Notes: generated by a model from the letters alone, not told the origin. Numbered from the stretch's first letter, positions 1 to 8,441 are shown. The stretch is DNA of 32,000 nucleotides from Planctomycetales bacterium (GCA_022646745.1 CP060262.1:2250001-2282000), one strand, 5' to 3'. Made by a program: numbers and translations.

Positions 1-161
1 ATGGCCTGCCGGACAAGGTGCTGCACAGTCCGTGGGAAGCCTCGCCGCTGGAGCTGCAGGCTGCCGGGGTGCAGCCGGGCCGGAACTATCCGAAGCCGCT
101 GGTGGAGCACAGCTTTGCGCGCACGCGCGCGCTGGCTGCGCTGAAAGCCGTGAGCAACTGA
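1..161 (+). CDS. C-terminal fragment of a deoxyribodipyrimidine photolyase / cryptochrome-family protein (5' end outside window)
   Basis: Frame 3 is open from the window edge to TGA at 159-161. It translates to GLPDKVLHSPWEASPLELQAAGVQPGRNYPKPLVEHSFARTRALAALKAVSN. The H.PW....L..AGV..G..YP.P(I/L)V(D/E)H...R.RAL.A pattern is the conserved extreme C-terminus of class I CPD photolyase/cryptochrome proteins. It is absent from the ORF track because there is no start codon in the window. Confidence 0.6.
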   Translation, partial: GLPDKVLHSPWEASPLELQAAGVQPGRNYPKPLVEHSFARTRALAALKAVSN

Positions 162-205
162 ATGCGCACGCAGCTGCCCTGCAATAGAATTGGGGTGGAG
201 GCAGC

Positions 206-2650
206 ATGGACGATTCGCAGAAGCAGATACCGGACCCTGGTGTATTCGAGAAGCTCGGGGTGTTCTACCTCGGAGCCGAGCGGGACAGCGTGGCCAGCGG
301 GACGATGGAGCCCGTACTGTACGACTCGCGGGACCTGACGACGCACGCGGTCTGTGTCGGGATGACCGGCAGCGGCAAGACCGGGCTGTGCACTTGCCTC
401 TTGGAGGAAGCCGCGCTGGATGGCGTGCCGGCGATCATCATCGACCCGAAGGGCGACCTGGCCAACCTGCTGCTGAGCTTCCCGGACCTCTCGGCGGAGA
501 GCTTCGAACCCTGGGTTGATCCTGGCAACGCTGAGCGCAAGGGCCAGAGCGTGGCGGAGTATGCCGCAGCCACCGCTGAGCTGTGGCGCAAGGGCCTGGC
601 CGGCTGGGGCGAGGACGGTGAGCGGATTGCCGCCCTGCGACGCGCCGTCGAGATGCGCATCTACACCCCGGGCTCTGACAGCGGCCTGCAGTTGTCGGTG
701 CTGAAATCATTCAGTGCGCCGCCTGCTGAGATAGTGAATGATGGCGACGCCTTCCGCGAGCGGATCTCAGGCAGTGTGAGCGGGCTGTTGACCCTGCTGG
801 GCATCGATGCTGACCCGCTGCGCAGCCGCGAGCATATCCTGCTGGCAAGCATCCTCGAACATGAATGGAAGGCCGGGCGCGACTGCGGCCTGCCGGAGCT
901 GATCCGCATGATCAGCACGCCGCCCTTCACGCAGGTCGGCATCCTCGACCTGGAGAGCTTCTTCCCCGGCAAGGAGCGGATGGACCTGGCGGTGACGCTC
1001 AACAATCTGCTGGCCTCACCGAGCTTCGGGGCCTGGGCCGTCGGTGAGCCGCTGGATGTGCAATCGCTGTTGTGGTCGCCGGAGGGAAAGCCGCGCCTGT
1101 CGATCCTCTACATCGCGCACCTGAGCGAGGCGGAGCGGATGTTCTTCGTGACCCTGCTGCTCAACGAGGTTGTCAGCTGGGTGCGCCGCCAGACCGGCAC
1201 CGGCAGCCTGCGGGCGCTGCTTTACATGGACGAGGTGTTCGGCTACCTGCCGCCGGTTGCCAACCCGCCGAGCAAGGCGCCGATGCTGACCCTGCTCAAG
1301 CAGGCCCGTGCCTTCGGGCTGGGGCTGGTGCTGGCAACGCAGAACCCGGTGGACCTGGACTACAAAGCCCTGTCCAACGCCGGCACCTGGCTTTTGGGCC
1401 GGCTGCAGACGGAACGTGACAAGCAGCGCATGATAGACGGACTGATCGGGGCGCAGGGTGGCAGCGGGCTGGACCGCGAGGCATTGCTGGCAACGATCAG
1501 CGGACTGGACAGCCGCGAATTCCTGCTGCACAACGTGCATGATGACGGGCCGCAGGTGTTGGCGACGCGCTGGGCGATGAGCTACCTGCGCGGCCCGCTC
1601 AGCCGCGACCATGTGCGCAGGCTGATGCAGGGTGCTGAGCCGGATCCGGTGGAACAGTCCCCAGTGCAGGCTCCGGCACCGGAGAAGCATGCGGTGCAGG
1701 AAGCGGCGGATATCGAGCAGGCCGGAGTCGCTGAACGGCCACTGTTGCCTAAGGAGGCCGGTGAGTGCTTCCAGCAGGGCGCACTGCCGGAAGGTGCCGC
1801 TGTGCATTATGCACCGGCGCTCTGGGGCAGCCTGACCCTGCACTACGTTGACAGCAAGCGGGGCTGGGATGAATGGCGCGAGTGTGATGTGCTGGCCAGG
1901 ATCAACGAGGACTCCGGGGCGGACCCCTGGGACGACGCGGTCCTTAGTGAGAAGCTGGATTGCAGTGACCGGCCGGCCAGCGAGGCTGGATATGGCGAGC
2001 TGCCGGCACGAGCGCTGCAGGCTGATGGCTACGGCACCTGGCGCAAGTCGCTGGAGGGGCATGCCTACCAGGCACTGGGGATGGAGCTGCTTGAGTGCCC
2101 TGAGCTGAAGCTGTATTCCAGGCCGGGTGAGAACCAGCGCGACTTCACGGCGCGGCTCAGCCAGCAGCTGCGTGAGGAACGGGACGGCGCAATGCAGAAG
2201 CTGCGTGCGGAGTATGACCGGAAGATTGACAGGATCGAGGAGCGGCTGGACAGCGCTGAGCGCAAGCTGGCGGAGGAACAGCAGGACTACGCCGAGAAGA
2301 AGATGGACAGTTACTTCTCCGTCGGCGGGGCGATCCTCGACACGGTGTTCGGCACCCGGCGGGTGACGAAGCGCAAGCTTGACAGGGCGCGCACGGCGGC
2401 CCGCAGCGTCGGGCGGGCCGGCCGCGGGAAGGGTGACATCGCCGAGGCGCAGGAGAAGGTGCACAAGTACGAGCTGGAGCTGGATGAGCTGAAGAGCGAG
2501 CTGGAGGAGAAGCTGTTCGAGCTGCAGCAGGCACATTCCGTTGACAAGCTGAAGGTTGAGACGCTCAGCCTGGCGCCGCGCAAGAGCGACATCACAGTCA
2601 ACTCACTGCGCCTGGTCTGGCTGCCGCGGAATGCCGGATCAAGCAGCTAG
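206..2650 (+). CDS. HerA-like / DUF853 (YjgR-like) FtsK-HerA superfamily P-loop NTPase with long C-terminal coiled-coil extension
   Basis: 814-aa ORF with a GGTGGAGG Shine-Dalgarno about 5 nt upstream of ATG 206. Motifs: Walker A GMTGSGKTG (nt 359-385), AIIIDPKGD strand, Walker B-like ALLYMDEVF, and VLATQNPVDLD. The C-terminal ~300 aa is charged and heptad-like (REERDGAMQKLRAEYDRKIDRIEERLDSAERKLAEEQQ; YELELDELKSELEEKLFELQQ). The segment GGAILDTVFG...ARTAARSVGRAGRG resembles the tail of E. coli YjgR as I recall it. Confidence 0.8.
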   Translation: MDDSQKQIPDPGVFEKLGVFYLGAERDSVASGTMEPVLYDSRDLTTHAVCVGMTGSGKTGLCTCLLEEAALDGVPAIIIDPKGDLANLLLSFPDLSAESFEPWVDPGNAERKGQSVAEYAAATAELWRKGLAGWGEDGERIAALRRAVEMRIYTPGSDSGLQLSVLKSFSAPPAEIVNDGDAFRERISGSVSGLLTLLGIDADPLRSREHILLASILEHEWKAGRDCGLPELIRMISTPPFTQVGILDLESFFPGKERMDLAVTLNNLLASPSFGAWAVGEPLDVQSLLWSPEGKPRLSILYIAHLSEAERMFFVTLLLNEVVSWVRRQTGTGSLRALLYMDEVFGYLPPVANPPSKAPMLTLLKQARAFGLGLVLATQNPVDLDYKALSNAGTWLLGRLQTERDKQRMIDGLIGAQGGSGLDREALLATISGLDSREFLLHNVHDDGPQVLATRWAMSYLRGPLSRDHVRRLMQGAEPDPVEQSPVQAPAPEKHAVQEAADIEQAGVAERPLLPKEAGECFQQGALPEGAAVHYAPALWGSLTLHYVDSKRGWDEWRECDVLARINEDSGADPWDDAVLSEKLDCSDRPASEAGYGELPARALQADGYGTWRKSLEGHAYQALGMELLECPELKLYSRPGENQRDFTARLSQQLREERDGAMQKLRAEYDRKIDRIEERLDSAERKLAEEQQDYAEKKMDSYFSVGGAILDTVFGTRRVTKRKLDRARTAARSVGRAGRGKGDIAEAQEKVHKYELELDELKSELEEKLFELQQAHSVDKLKVETLSLAPRKSDITVNSLRLVWLPRNAGSSS

Positions 2651-2652
2651 CC

Positions 2653-4290
2653 TCAGCCCCCGGCACTGCCAAAGCAGTACAGCTTGTTGTCAGCACTGCC
2701 AACATAGATCGCTCCGTCCGGCCCGATGCTCGGGGAAGAGACCACCGGCTCACCGGTGTCGTATTCCCATTTCAGCATCCCATCGGACTTGATCGCGCGG
2801 ACGATGCCATCGAAACTGCCGATGTAGAGTGTGCCTTCCGCATCGAGCGCAGCACTGCTGGTGACCACATCATCCGCATCATAGCTCCAGAGGAAGTTGC
2901 CATCCTTGTCCACGGCGTAGATCTTCATGTCAGCACTGCCGAAGTACAGGTTGCCGCTGCCATCAATTGCCGGGGTCGAGACGATTTCATCTCCGGCGGT
3001 GTAGGACCACTTGAGGGTGCCGTTCGGATTGAAGGCGTAGAGCTTGTGGTCAGCACAGCCGACATGGATTGTGCCGTCTTCGGAGATCGAAGGGGAGCTG
3101 ACAACGGCATCCCCGGTTTCGTATGACCAGCGCAATTCCATGTTCGGTTTCAGCGAGTAGAACGAATCACCGAAGCCGCCACCGCCTTCAGTGCCGAAAT
3201 ACAGGTTGCCATCATTGTCGAGGGCCACTGATGAGGAGACATCATTGCCGGTGAAGTAGGTCCACTTGGAAGTGCCGTTCGGGTTGATCGCGTACAGCGT
3301 TCCGTCCCAGCTGCCGCAGTAGATGGTGCCGTCGGTGGCAATCACAGGGCTGGCGGTCACCTCCGCACCGGTGATGAACTCCCATTTCTTGTTGCCATCG
3401 GAATCCAGCGCGTAGATGCTGCCATCGTAGCTGCCGAAGTAGATCGTGCCGTCGTCGGCAATTGCGGCCGAGCTTTCAACTTCGCCCTCAGTCGGGAATG
3501 ACCACTTGAGGGTGCCGTTCGGATTGACTGCATAGAATGAGAAGTCATAGCTGCCGAAATAGACCGTGCCGTCAGCTGCAATGGAGGGAGAGTCCACGCA
3601 GGGACCGGTTGCGGTGTAGGACCAGCGTACATTGTTGTCAGCCGGCCCGGTGAATGGGCTGCGACGCTGGTGGCGCTCATCTCGGCCGAACATGAACCAG
3701 TCGCCGGGGCCGACCGGGTCTCCGCCGGATTGCTCGATGGACATCCCGTTGAGCACGGCCGGGCTGCTGCCCGACACGAAGATGCCAAGGAACATCCGCT
3801 GGTTTTCATCTGCGTAGTCCAGGATGCCGGGCACGCTGACCAGGGCATTGTCAGACGCCATGATGAAGTGCCAGCGGTTGCTTCCCCATTCACTGAGTGC
3901 GATCCACAGGCTACCGGACGCCGGGGCGCTTTCCCAGTCCAGGCTTACCTGCGGCAATGGGCTGATGCCGGTGAGGTCCAGTTCGTACAGCGCATAGGCC
4001 ATATCACTGATCAGCAGCGGGGAGCTGCTGGATGGCGAATAGGTCCCCTTTGCTCCGTTGGCGCTTACCGACTGGATGGGCAGGTCAGTGCGATAGGAGG
4101 AGCCATCAGCGCTGATGCCGGCCGCGCTGCCGGAGCGGCCAAGTTCCTGCAGCCGTGGAAGTGAATCAGTATCCAGCGGCAGGTTGTCACCGGAGCCGCC
4201 TGTGTTCACTGGCTGGGCCTGGCCTGCGCATCCTGCAAGCAGGACGACCGCGGCAAGCACTGCCAGGATGACGGGAATGTTTTGTCTCAT
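2653..4290 (-). CDS. Secreted lipoprotein: shared N-terminal module + 8-bladed PQQ-like (BamB/PQQ_2-type) beta-propeller
   Basis: 545-aa ORF with a GGAGAG SD 5 nt upstream of ATG 4290. Signal peptide with lipobox LLAG|C (Cys21, nt 4228-4230). aa ~80-186 (nt 3733-4053) is the family N-module (AYALYEL...SLDWE...ALSEWGSNRWHF). After that come eight tandem ~40-aa blades with the motif DGT(I/V/L)Y(F/C/V)GS.D..(L/I)YA(I/V/F).(P/S/K).G..KW(S/E/T)(Y/F). Confidence 0.85.
   Translation of the reverse strand: MRQNIPVILAVLAAVVLLAGCAGQAQPVNTGGSGDNLPLDTDSLPRLQELGRSGSAAGISADGSSYRTDLPIQSVSANGAKGTYSPSSSSPLLISDMAYALYELDLTGISPLPQVSLDWESAPASGSLWIALSEWGSNRWHFIMASDNALVSVPGILDYADENQRMFLGIFVSGSSPAVLNGMSIEQSGGDPVGPGDWFMFGRDERHQRRSPFTGPADNNVRWSYTATGPCVDSPSIAADGTVYFGSYDFSFYAVNPNGTLKWSFPTEGEVESSAAIADDGTIYFGSYDGSIYALDSDGNKKWEFITGAEVTASPVIATDGTIYCGSWDGTLYAINPNGTSKWTYFTGNDVSSSVALDNDGNLYFGTEGGGGFGDSFYSLKPNMELRWSYETGDAVVSSPSISEDGTIHVGCADHKLYAFNPNGTLKWSYTAGDEIVSTPAIDGSGNLYFGSADMKIYAVDKDGNFLWSYDADDVVTSSAALDAEGTLYIGSFDGIVRAIKSDGMLKWEYDTGEPVVSSPSIGPDGAIYVGSADNKLYCFGSAGG
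3005..3527 (-). repeat. Intragenic direct repeat pair from propeller blade duplication (28-nt perfect copies at 3005-3032 and 3500-3527)
   Basis: GACCACTTGAGGGTGCCGTTCGGATTGA occurs identically at 3005-3032 and 3500-3527. A degenerate third copy lies near 3261-3287. On the coding strand these encode the NPNGTLKWS blade motif. Confidence 0.9.
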
Positions 4291-4344
4291 CTATCTCTCC
4301 AATCTGTACAGGAGTTATTGCCAGAGTCCCCAATCGCAGGTGCA

Positions 4345-5064
4345 TTATAGCGTGCCGGATACTGGATTTCCCCTGCTCCAGTTCCTGAAGGAAAGCAGCA
4401 GCAGGCACAACGCGACCAGGGAGAGTGGCCACATCCCCGGAATCGACAGGGCGATGATGCCGTAGAAGCCCAGGATTGACAGTGCTGCCATAACCGAGCG
4501 CCGAGGGACGACTGTGCGGCGCGGAAGCAACAGGGCCGGCAGCAGGCTGACAATGAACCAGCCGAGGAAGTTGTGCAGCGGCACGCCGTAGTAAGGGCCA
4601 CCAGCGGGCCATTGCCAATAACCCAGTGGTCCGCTGGCCAGTGGGTCGATCAGCAGGTCGGCACAGACCATCCAGAGTGAGACGGGGATGGCGCCAAGCA
4701 GGCGCTTGCCGGGTGATGCCAGCGAGGCGGCACCGGCCATCAGTACTCCCCAGGCGGCAGCAATGGAAAGTGGCACACCAAGGAGTTTCGGCCCGAGCGC
4801 TTCACCATAGTGGTAGCTGCCAAACAGGATGCCGGTATGCAGGCCCAGCAGCTCGGCGAGGAATCCGCCGAGGGCTGCCAGCAGCAGCCAGCGGCGCAGG
4901 GCAGGTGAGGCCGGCAGCAGGGCGATGGCGAAGGCGCACCACAGGAACAGCGGCCCGGCCCAGGCCGCGGCTGGTGAGGGGCTGTCGAACAGGGTGTAGT
5001 TGGCAATCCCACCGAGCCAGAGCAGGCCGTACAGGATCCACAGGCTGGTCTCAAGCGCCTTCAT
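4345..5064 (-). CDS. cruF: Carotenoid biosynthesis membrane protein, DUF422/Caroten_synth family (CruF-like carotenoid C-1,2 hydratase)
   Basis: The ORF track extends to 5451, but that extension overlaps the crtD-like gene in another frame and is Arg/Ala/Ser-rich junk. The internal ATG at 5062-5064 gives a 239-aa polytopic membrane protein. FLAELLGLHTGILFGSYHYGEALGPKLLGVPL and VPLHNFLGWF match my recollection of the DUF422 family. The start overlaps the crtD-like stop by 14 nt. Confidence 0.7.
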   Translation of the reverse strand: MKALETSLWILYGLLWLGGIANYTLFDSPSPAAAWAGPLFLWCAFAIALLPASPALRRWLLLAALGGFLAELLGLHTGILFGSYHYGEALGPKLLGVPLSIAAAWGVLMAGAASLASPGKRLLGAIPVSLWMVCADLLIDPLASGPLGYWQWPAGGPYYGVPLHNFLGWFIVSLLPALLLPRRTVVPRRSVMAALSILGFYGIIALSIPGMWPLSLVALCLLLLSFRNWSRGNPVSGTL

Positions 5065-6523
5065 ATCGCTCCACCAGTCTATCGACAATCGCCGCCGACA
5101 GCAGCACGGTCGGGGTGCCGCCGCCTGGATGCGAACTGCCGCCGACGCGGTACAGGCCGCGGACCCGGCGGTGGCGGTTGGCAGGGCGCAGGAAGGTGTT
5201 GCGCCAGCCGTGGCTGTCCTGGCCGTAGATCGCGCCGCCGGGCATGTCGTAGGCGGAGCTGATGCAGGCCGGTGTCCAGAGCTGCTCGACGCGGATCCGA
5301 TCAGTGATGTCCGGGAAGCCTGAGCGTTGCAGGCGCTGCAGCACCAGCCGGCGGGCACGCTGCGTCTTCTCCTCGTTCCAGTCGTCGTCAGCCGGGCAGT
5401 TGGCCATGATGAACAGGCTCTCGCAGTCCGGCGGGGCGAGCGTATTGTCACTAGCTGATGGCATGTTCACATAGACGGTCGGATCTTCCGGGAAACCTGG
5501 GCCGCCATTGGTAATGCCATTGAGCTGGTCGAACTCGAGGCTGTAGTTGTCACTGAAGTAAACGGAGTGGTGCGGCTGGGTCGGCAGCTTTCCGTCAATA
5601 CCGAGTAGCATCACGAAACCGCTCATGCTGCGCCTGTCCTCTGCTGGTGATTCACTCTCGCCCAGCAGCATCGGCAGCCTAGCACTGTCGCCGTTGAAGA
5701 TGACAATGTCACCGTCCAGCTCCATGCCGTCCTCCAGCGAGACTGCCGCTACACCGCCGTTGCGCTGGATGATGCGGCTGACACTGGCCCCGCAACGGAT
5801 CTCGACGCCGTACTGCAGCAGCAGTGCATGCAGGGCTTCCACCAGGCTGTAGAGCCCGCCCTGGAAGTACCATGCGCCATGCGCGTATTCGAGGTAGGGG
5901 ATTGCCAGCAGGGTGGCCGGTGCCTGGTAGGGTGAGCTGCCGACGTAGGTGGCATAGCGCCCGAAGAAGCTGATGAGGCGCTCGTCACGTACGAAGGAGC
6001 GTACCGTTGCATCGTAGTTTCCCCAGCCGTGGCGAAGCGGCATGTACTTCAGCGCGCCGGCCATGGAAGGGTCGGGTGGCTCGCCGGGGGTGTCTGCAAA
6101 GAAGGTGCGGCGGCTGAGTTCGAACAGCCGGCCGCCAAGCGCCATCAGCCGGTGGAAGCCCTCGATGTCATACGGGAATTCGCGTTGCAGCTCTGCCTGC
6201 AGCAGTGGCAGGGACTGTCCGTAGCGAAAGCTGCTGCCATCGGCGAAGCGGTAGCTGGCAACGGGGTCCAGCCGCCTGAGCTGCAACTGCCGATGAATGT
6301 CAGCGCCGGCCAGGCTGAACAGTTCGGCGAACACCTCCGGCATGGTAATCAGGGAGGGGCCGGTGTCGAAAGTGTAGCCATCCCGCTGCCAGCGGTTCAT
6401 CTTGCCGCCGATCCGCTCGCCGCGCTCCAGCAGAGTTACGGAATGTCCGCGAACGGCGAGGCGCAGTGCAGTGGCAATCCCGCCGAGGCCAGCGCCGACC
6501 ACCAGCACCCTGCCGGGCGCCAT
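5051..6523 (-). CDS. crtD: CrtI-family FAD-dependent carotenoid desaturase, probably CrtD-type (hydroxycarotenoid 3,4-desaturase)
   Basis: Start trimmed to ATG 6521-6523, so the Rossmann motif sits at the N-terminus (MAPGRVLVVGAGLGGIATALRLA). This ATG overlaps the upstream TGA as TGATG (6521-6525). CrtI-family signatures present: GGK....Q.DGYTFDTGPSLITMPEVFAELF and C-terminal GLYRVGGSSHPGGGTP. The CrtD subfamily call is an inference from it being the second CrtI-like copy and lying next to cruF. Confidence 0.75.
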   Translation of the reverse strand: MAPGRVLVVGAGLGGIATALRLAVRGHSVTLLERGERIGGKMNRWQRDGYTFDTGPSLITMPEVFAELFSLAGADIHRQLQLRRLDPVASYRFADGSSFRYGQSLPLLQAELQREFPYDIEGFHRLMALGGRLFELSRRTFFADTPGEPPDPSMAGALKYMPLRHGWGNYDATVRSFVRDERLISFFGRYATYVGSSPYQAPATLLAIPYLEYAHGAWYFQGGLYSLVEALHALLLQYGVEIRCGASVSRIIQRNGGVAAVSLEDGMELDGDIVIFNGDSARLPMLLGESESPAEDRRSMSGFVMLLGIDGKLPTQPHHSVYFSDNYSLEFDQLNGITNGGPGFPEDPTVYVNMPSASDNTLAPPDCESLFIMANCPADDDWNEEKTQRARRLVLQRLQRSGFPDITDRIRVEQLWTPACISSAYDMPGGAIYGQDSHGWRNTFLRPANRHRRVRGLYRVGGSSHPGGGTPTVLLSAAIVDRLVERYEGA

Positions 6524-7671
6524 CAGCTGGCCTCCGAGCCGGCAGCGTGGTAGGTGCGGCCTTTCCAGCGTACGCCGCGTCCCGTGACCGTACGCCACCA
6601 GGAGTTGAGGGCAATCGCCAGCAGCAGCAGTTCAGCCAGTGGATGCAGCAGGATGCTCCACAGCGGATGTCGGAAGCGCAGGCTGAGCACCAGCCGGCTG
6701 GCCAGTACCAGCAGGCTGGCTGTGAGCGCGGCTGGCAGCAAGGAGGAGTTGCCCGATGAGAGACTGCCAACGAGCAGGATGAAGGGCAGCAGGAACAGCG
6801 CGAGGTGGAACAGCAGGAAGGCGAAGAAGCCGAGGCTGTTGCCAAAGGCACTGTAGAAGTTCTTCTCGAAGCCGAGGAAGATTGCCGGCAGTGAGTCGTA
6901 CATGCGCACGCTGACCAGCCGGCTGCCATCGATGCAGCAGGACTGCAGGTTGATTTTGCGCCAGTGCCGGGCCAGTTTCGTGTCCTCGAACAGGGCGTCC
7001 CTGACAGCAGCATGGCCGCCGGCGTGGTGGTATTGCTCGCGGCGCAGCAGGATGCATGCCCCGTGCGCCAGTCCGAGTGATGCATCGTTGCGGCGGATAT
7101 AGGCCAGCGGCGCGGGATACATCGTGAAGGTGAGGAAGTTCAAGAGCGGCATCAGCAGCTGCTCCCAGAAGCCGAGCATCTGCATGCCGGGCCAGGCGGA
7201 AAGCATAGTGCAGTTGAAGTGGCGTGCGGTGGCCACGATCCGTCCGGCGGCCTGGGGGGCCAGCCGCGCATCTGCATCAAGGAACAGCATCCACTCGGAT
7301 GTAGCATTGTCAGCCAGCTGCTGGCAGGCCCAGCACTTGCCGGACCAGCCTTCAGGCAGCGGGCTGCCGCTCACGAGCCGGATGCGCGGGTCCAGTGTGG
7401 AGATGTTGCGCACTATCGCCGCCGTGTTGTCCTCGCTGTTGTCATCAAGCACAATCACTTCGCAGACCTGCTTGCCCTGCTGCAGCACGCTTTCAAGGCA
7501 GGCCTCGATGTTGTGCTTCTCATTGCGGGCCGGGATCAGCACTGTAATGAGGTCGCCAGCATCCTCATGCCGGGCAGTGCGTGCAGCTGGCCAGCGCAGG
7601 GCGGTCCAGCAGGCAAGACCGAGGAACAGCAGCAGGAGCAATGGCAACAGCCAGGGCAGCTCGAAACTCAT
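6523..7671 (-). CDS. Membrane-bound family 2 glycosyltransferase (CrtQ/CruC-like carotenoid glycosyltransferase candidate)
   Basis: 382 aa with an N-terminal TM helix. VLIPARNEKHNIEACLESV...VIVLDDNSEDNT and LFLDADA (DxD) indicate a GT-A fold GT2. Several C-terminal TM helices follow. The ATG overlaps the upstream stop as ATGA (7668-7671). Operon context is carotenoid genes. Confidence 0.8.
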   Translation of the reverse strand: MSFELPWLLPLLLLLFLGLACWTALRWPAARTARHEDAGDLITVLIPARNEKHNIEACLESVLQQGKQVCEVIVLDDNSEDNTAAIVRNISTLDPRIRLVSGSPLPEGWSGKCWACQQLADNATSEWMLFLDADARLAPQAAGRIVATARHFNCTMLSAWPGMQMLGFWEQLLMPLLNFLTFTMYPAPLAYIRRNDASLGLAHGACILLRREQYHHAGGHAAVRDALFEDTKLARHWRKINLQSCCIDGSRLVSVRMYDSLPAIFLGFEKNFYSAFGNSLGFFAFLLFHLALFLLPFILLVGSLSSGNSSLLPAALTASLLVLASRLVLSLRFRHPLWSILLHPLAELLLLAIALNSWWRTVTGRGVRWKGRTYHAAGSEAS

Positions 7672-8441
7672 CGGGCGACCTCCTGCGAGACCGGGATGTT
7701 GCTGAACAGCGCTTCACACAAGCCTTCAGGTGCCTCGCGGATCGGCAGGTGGCCGCAGGCCGGGATACTGGTGACAATCGCGTGTGGCCAGAGATCCTGC
7801 CACATCTGCACTGACTTCTTCACTGCGGCGAAAGTTCGCTCGCCGGTGGCGATGCGTACCTCGCAGTCCAGGGATGAGAAACGATCGATGCCGGGATGCG
7901 TGCCGAACATCTCGAGGTAGCGGTATGTCACCTCGTGGTCGACGGAGCGGAAGCTCTGGGTCATGTCGGTGGAACGGTCCTCCCGGCCGGAGGCTAGGAC
8001 ATTCGTCAGCCAGCGGCCGACCGGGTTGGCAAATGTGCTGTTGTAGGCATGGCGGCCGAAGTCACGCCTGAGGAACACGCGGAAGTAGCCGGGCAGGAAG
8101 GCGAATGGATCGACCAGCAGCAGGCGGCGAGGGGCCGGGTCCAGCCGCAGCGCGAGTTCACAGGCGAACAGCGCGCCGCTGCAGTTGCCGAGCAGGGTGT
8201 CAATCGGACGGCCTTCCAGCCGCGATGCTTCTTCATATTCGCGCTGCAATAGTTCGGCTACTGCCTCGAAGCTGTATTCAGGCGGAGGGGCCGTGTTGCC
8301 ATAGCCCGGCGGGTCAACCGAATACAGGCAGGTGCCGGGTCCGAGCTGCGCGACCAGGGGCAGGTAGCAGTTGCGGTCCTCTCCCCAGCCGGGGATCGCG
8401 AAGCAGGCGTGGGTGCCGTTGCCAATACGCTCAGCGGGCAT
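7668..8441 (-). CDS. Alpha/beta-hydrolase fold protein with Cys nucleophile elbow (G-N-C-S-G)
   Basis: 257 aa. IPGWG lies near the N-terminus in the oxyanion region. Nucleophile elbow is LLGNCSGALFA with Cys87 at nt 8181-8183. C-terminal GHLPIREAP has a candidate catalytic His231 at nt 7749-7751. The start overlaps the crtI stop by 11 nt. Confidence 0.75.
   Translation of the reverse strand: MPAERIGNGTHACFAIPGWGEDRNCYLPLVAQLGPGTCLYSVDPPGYGNTAPPPEYSFEAVAELLQREYEEASRLEGRPIDTLLGNCSGALFACELALRLDPAPRRLLLVDPFAFLPGYFRVFLRRDFGRHAYNSTFANPVGRWLTNVLASGREDRSTDMTQSFRSVDHEVTYRYLEMFGTHPGIDRFSSLDCEVRIATGERTFAAVKKSVQMWQDLWPHAIVTSIPACGHLPIREAPEGLCEALFSNIPVSQEVAR

Noticed and set aside
1016-2536. 506-aa ORF on the minus strand, antisense to the HerA-like ATPase gene
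   Set aside because: It is a typical high-GC shadow ORF. The product is Leu/Gln/Arg/Pro/Ala-rich low-complexity sequence with no recognisable motif, and it has no SD. It lies entirely within a gene that has clear Walker motifs.
206-2650. HerA-like ATPase as the core of an anti-phage system (Sir2-HerA or DUF4297-HerA type)
   Set aside because: Those systems need an adjacent effector gene (SIR2 or a nuclease). Here the upstream neighbour is a photolyase and the downstream gene is a convergent propeller lipoprotein, so no partner is present in the window.
2700-3600. Regular ~120-150 nt periodicity that could suggest a CRISPR-like or tandem array
   Set aside because: The periodicity is in-frame coding repetition of propeller blades within one continuous ORF. 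There are no short identical repeats with unique spacers.
5065-5451. N-terminal extensions offered by the ORF track for cruF (to 5451), crtD (to 6598), crtI (to 10074), crtB (to 11018), P2 (to 19719), P3 (from 22931) and others
   Set aside because: The extensions overlap the 3' end of the upstream gene in another frame and are Arg/Pro/Ala-rich. They also place the Rossmann fold or signal peptide far from the N-terminus. Internal starts give canonical N-termini, SD sites or stop/start coupling.
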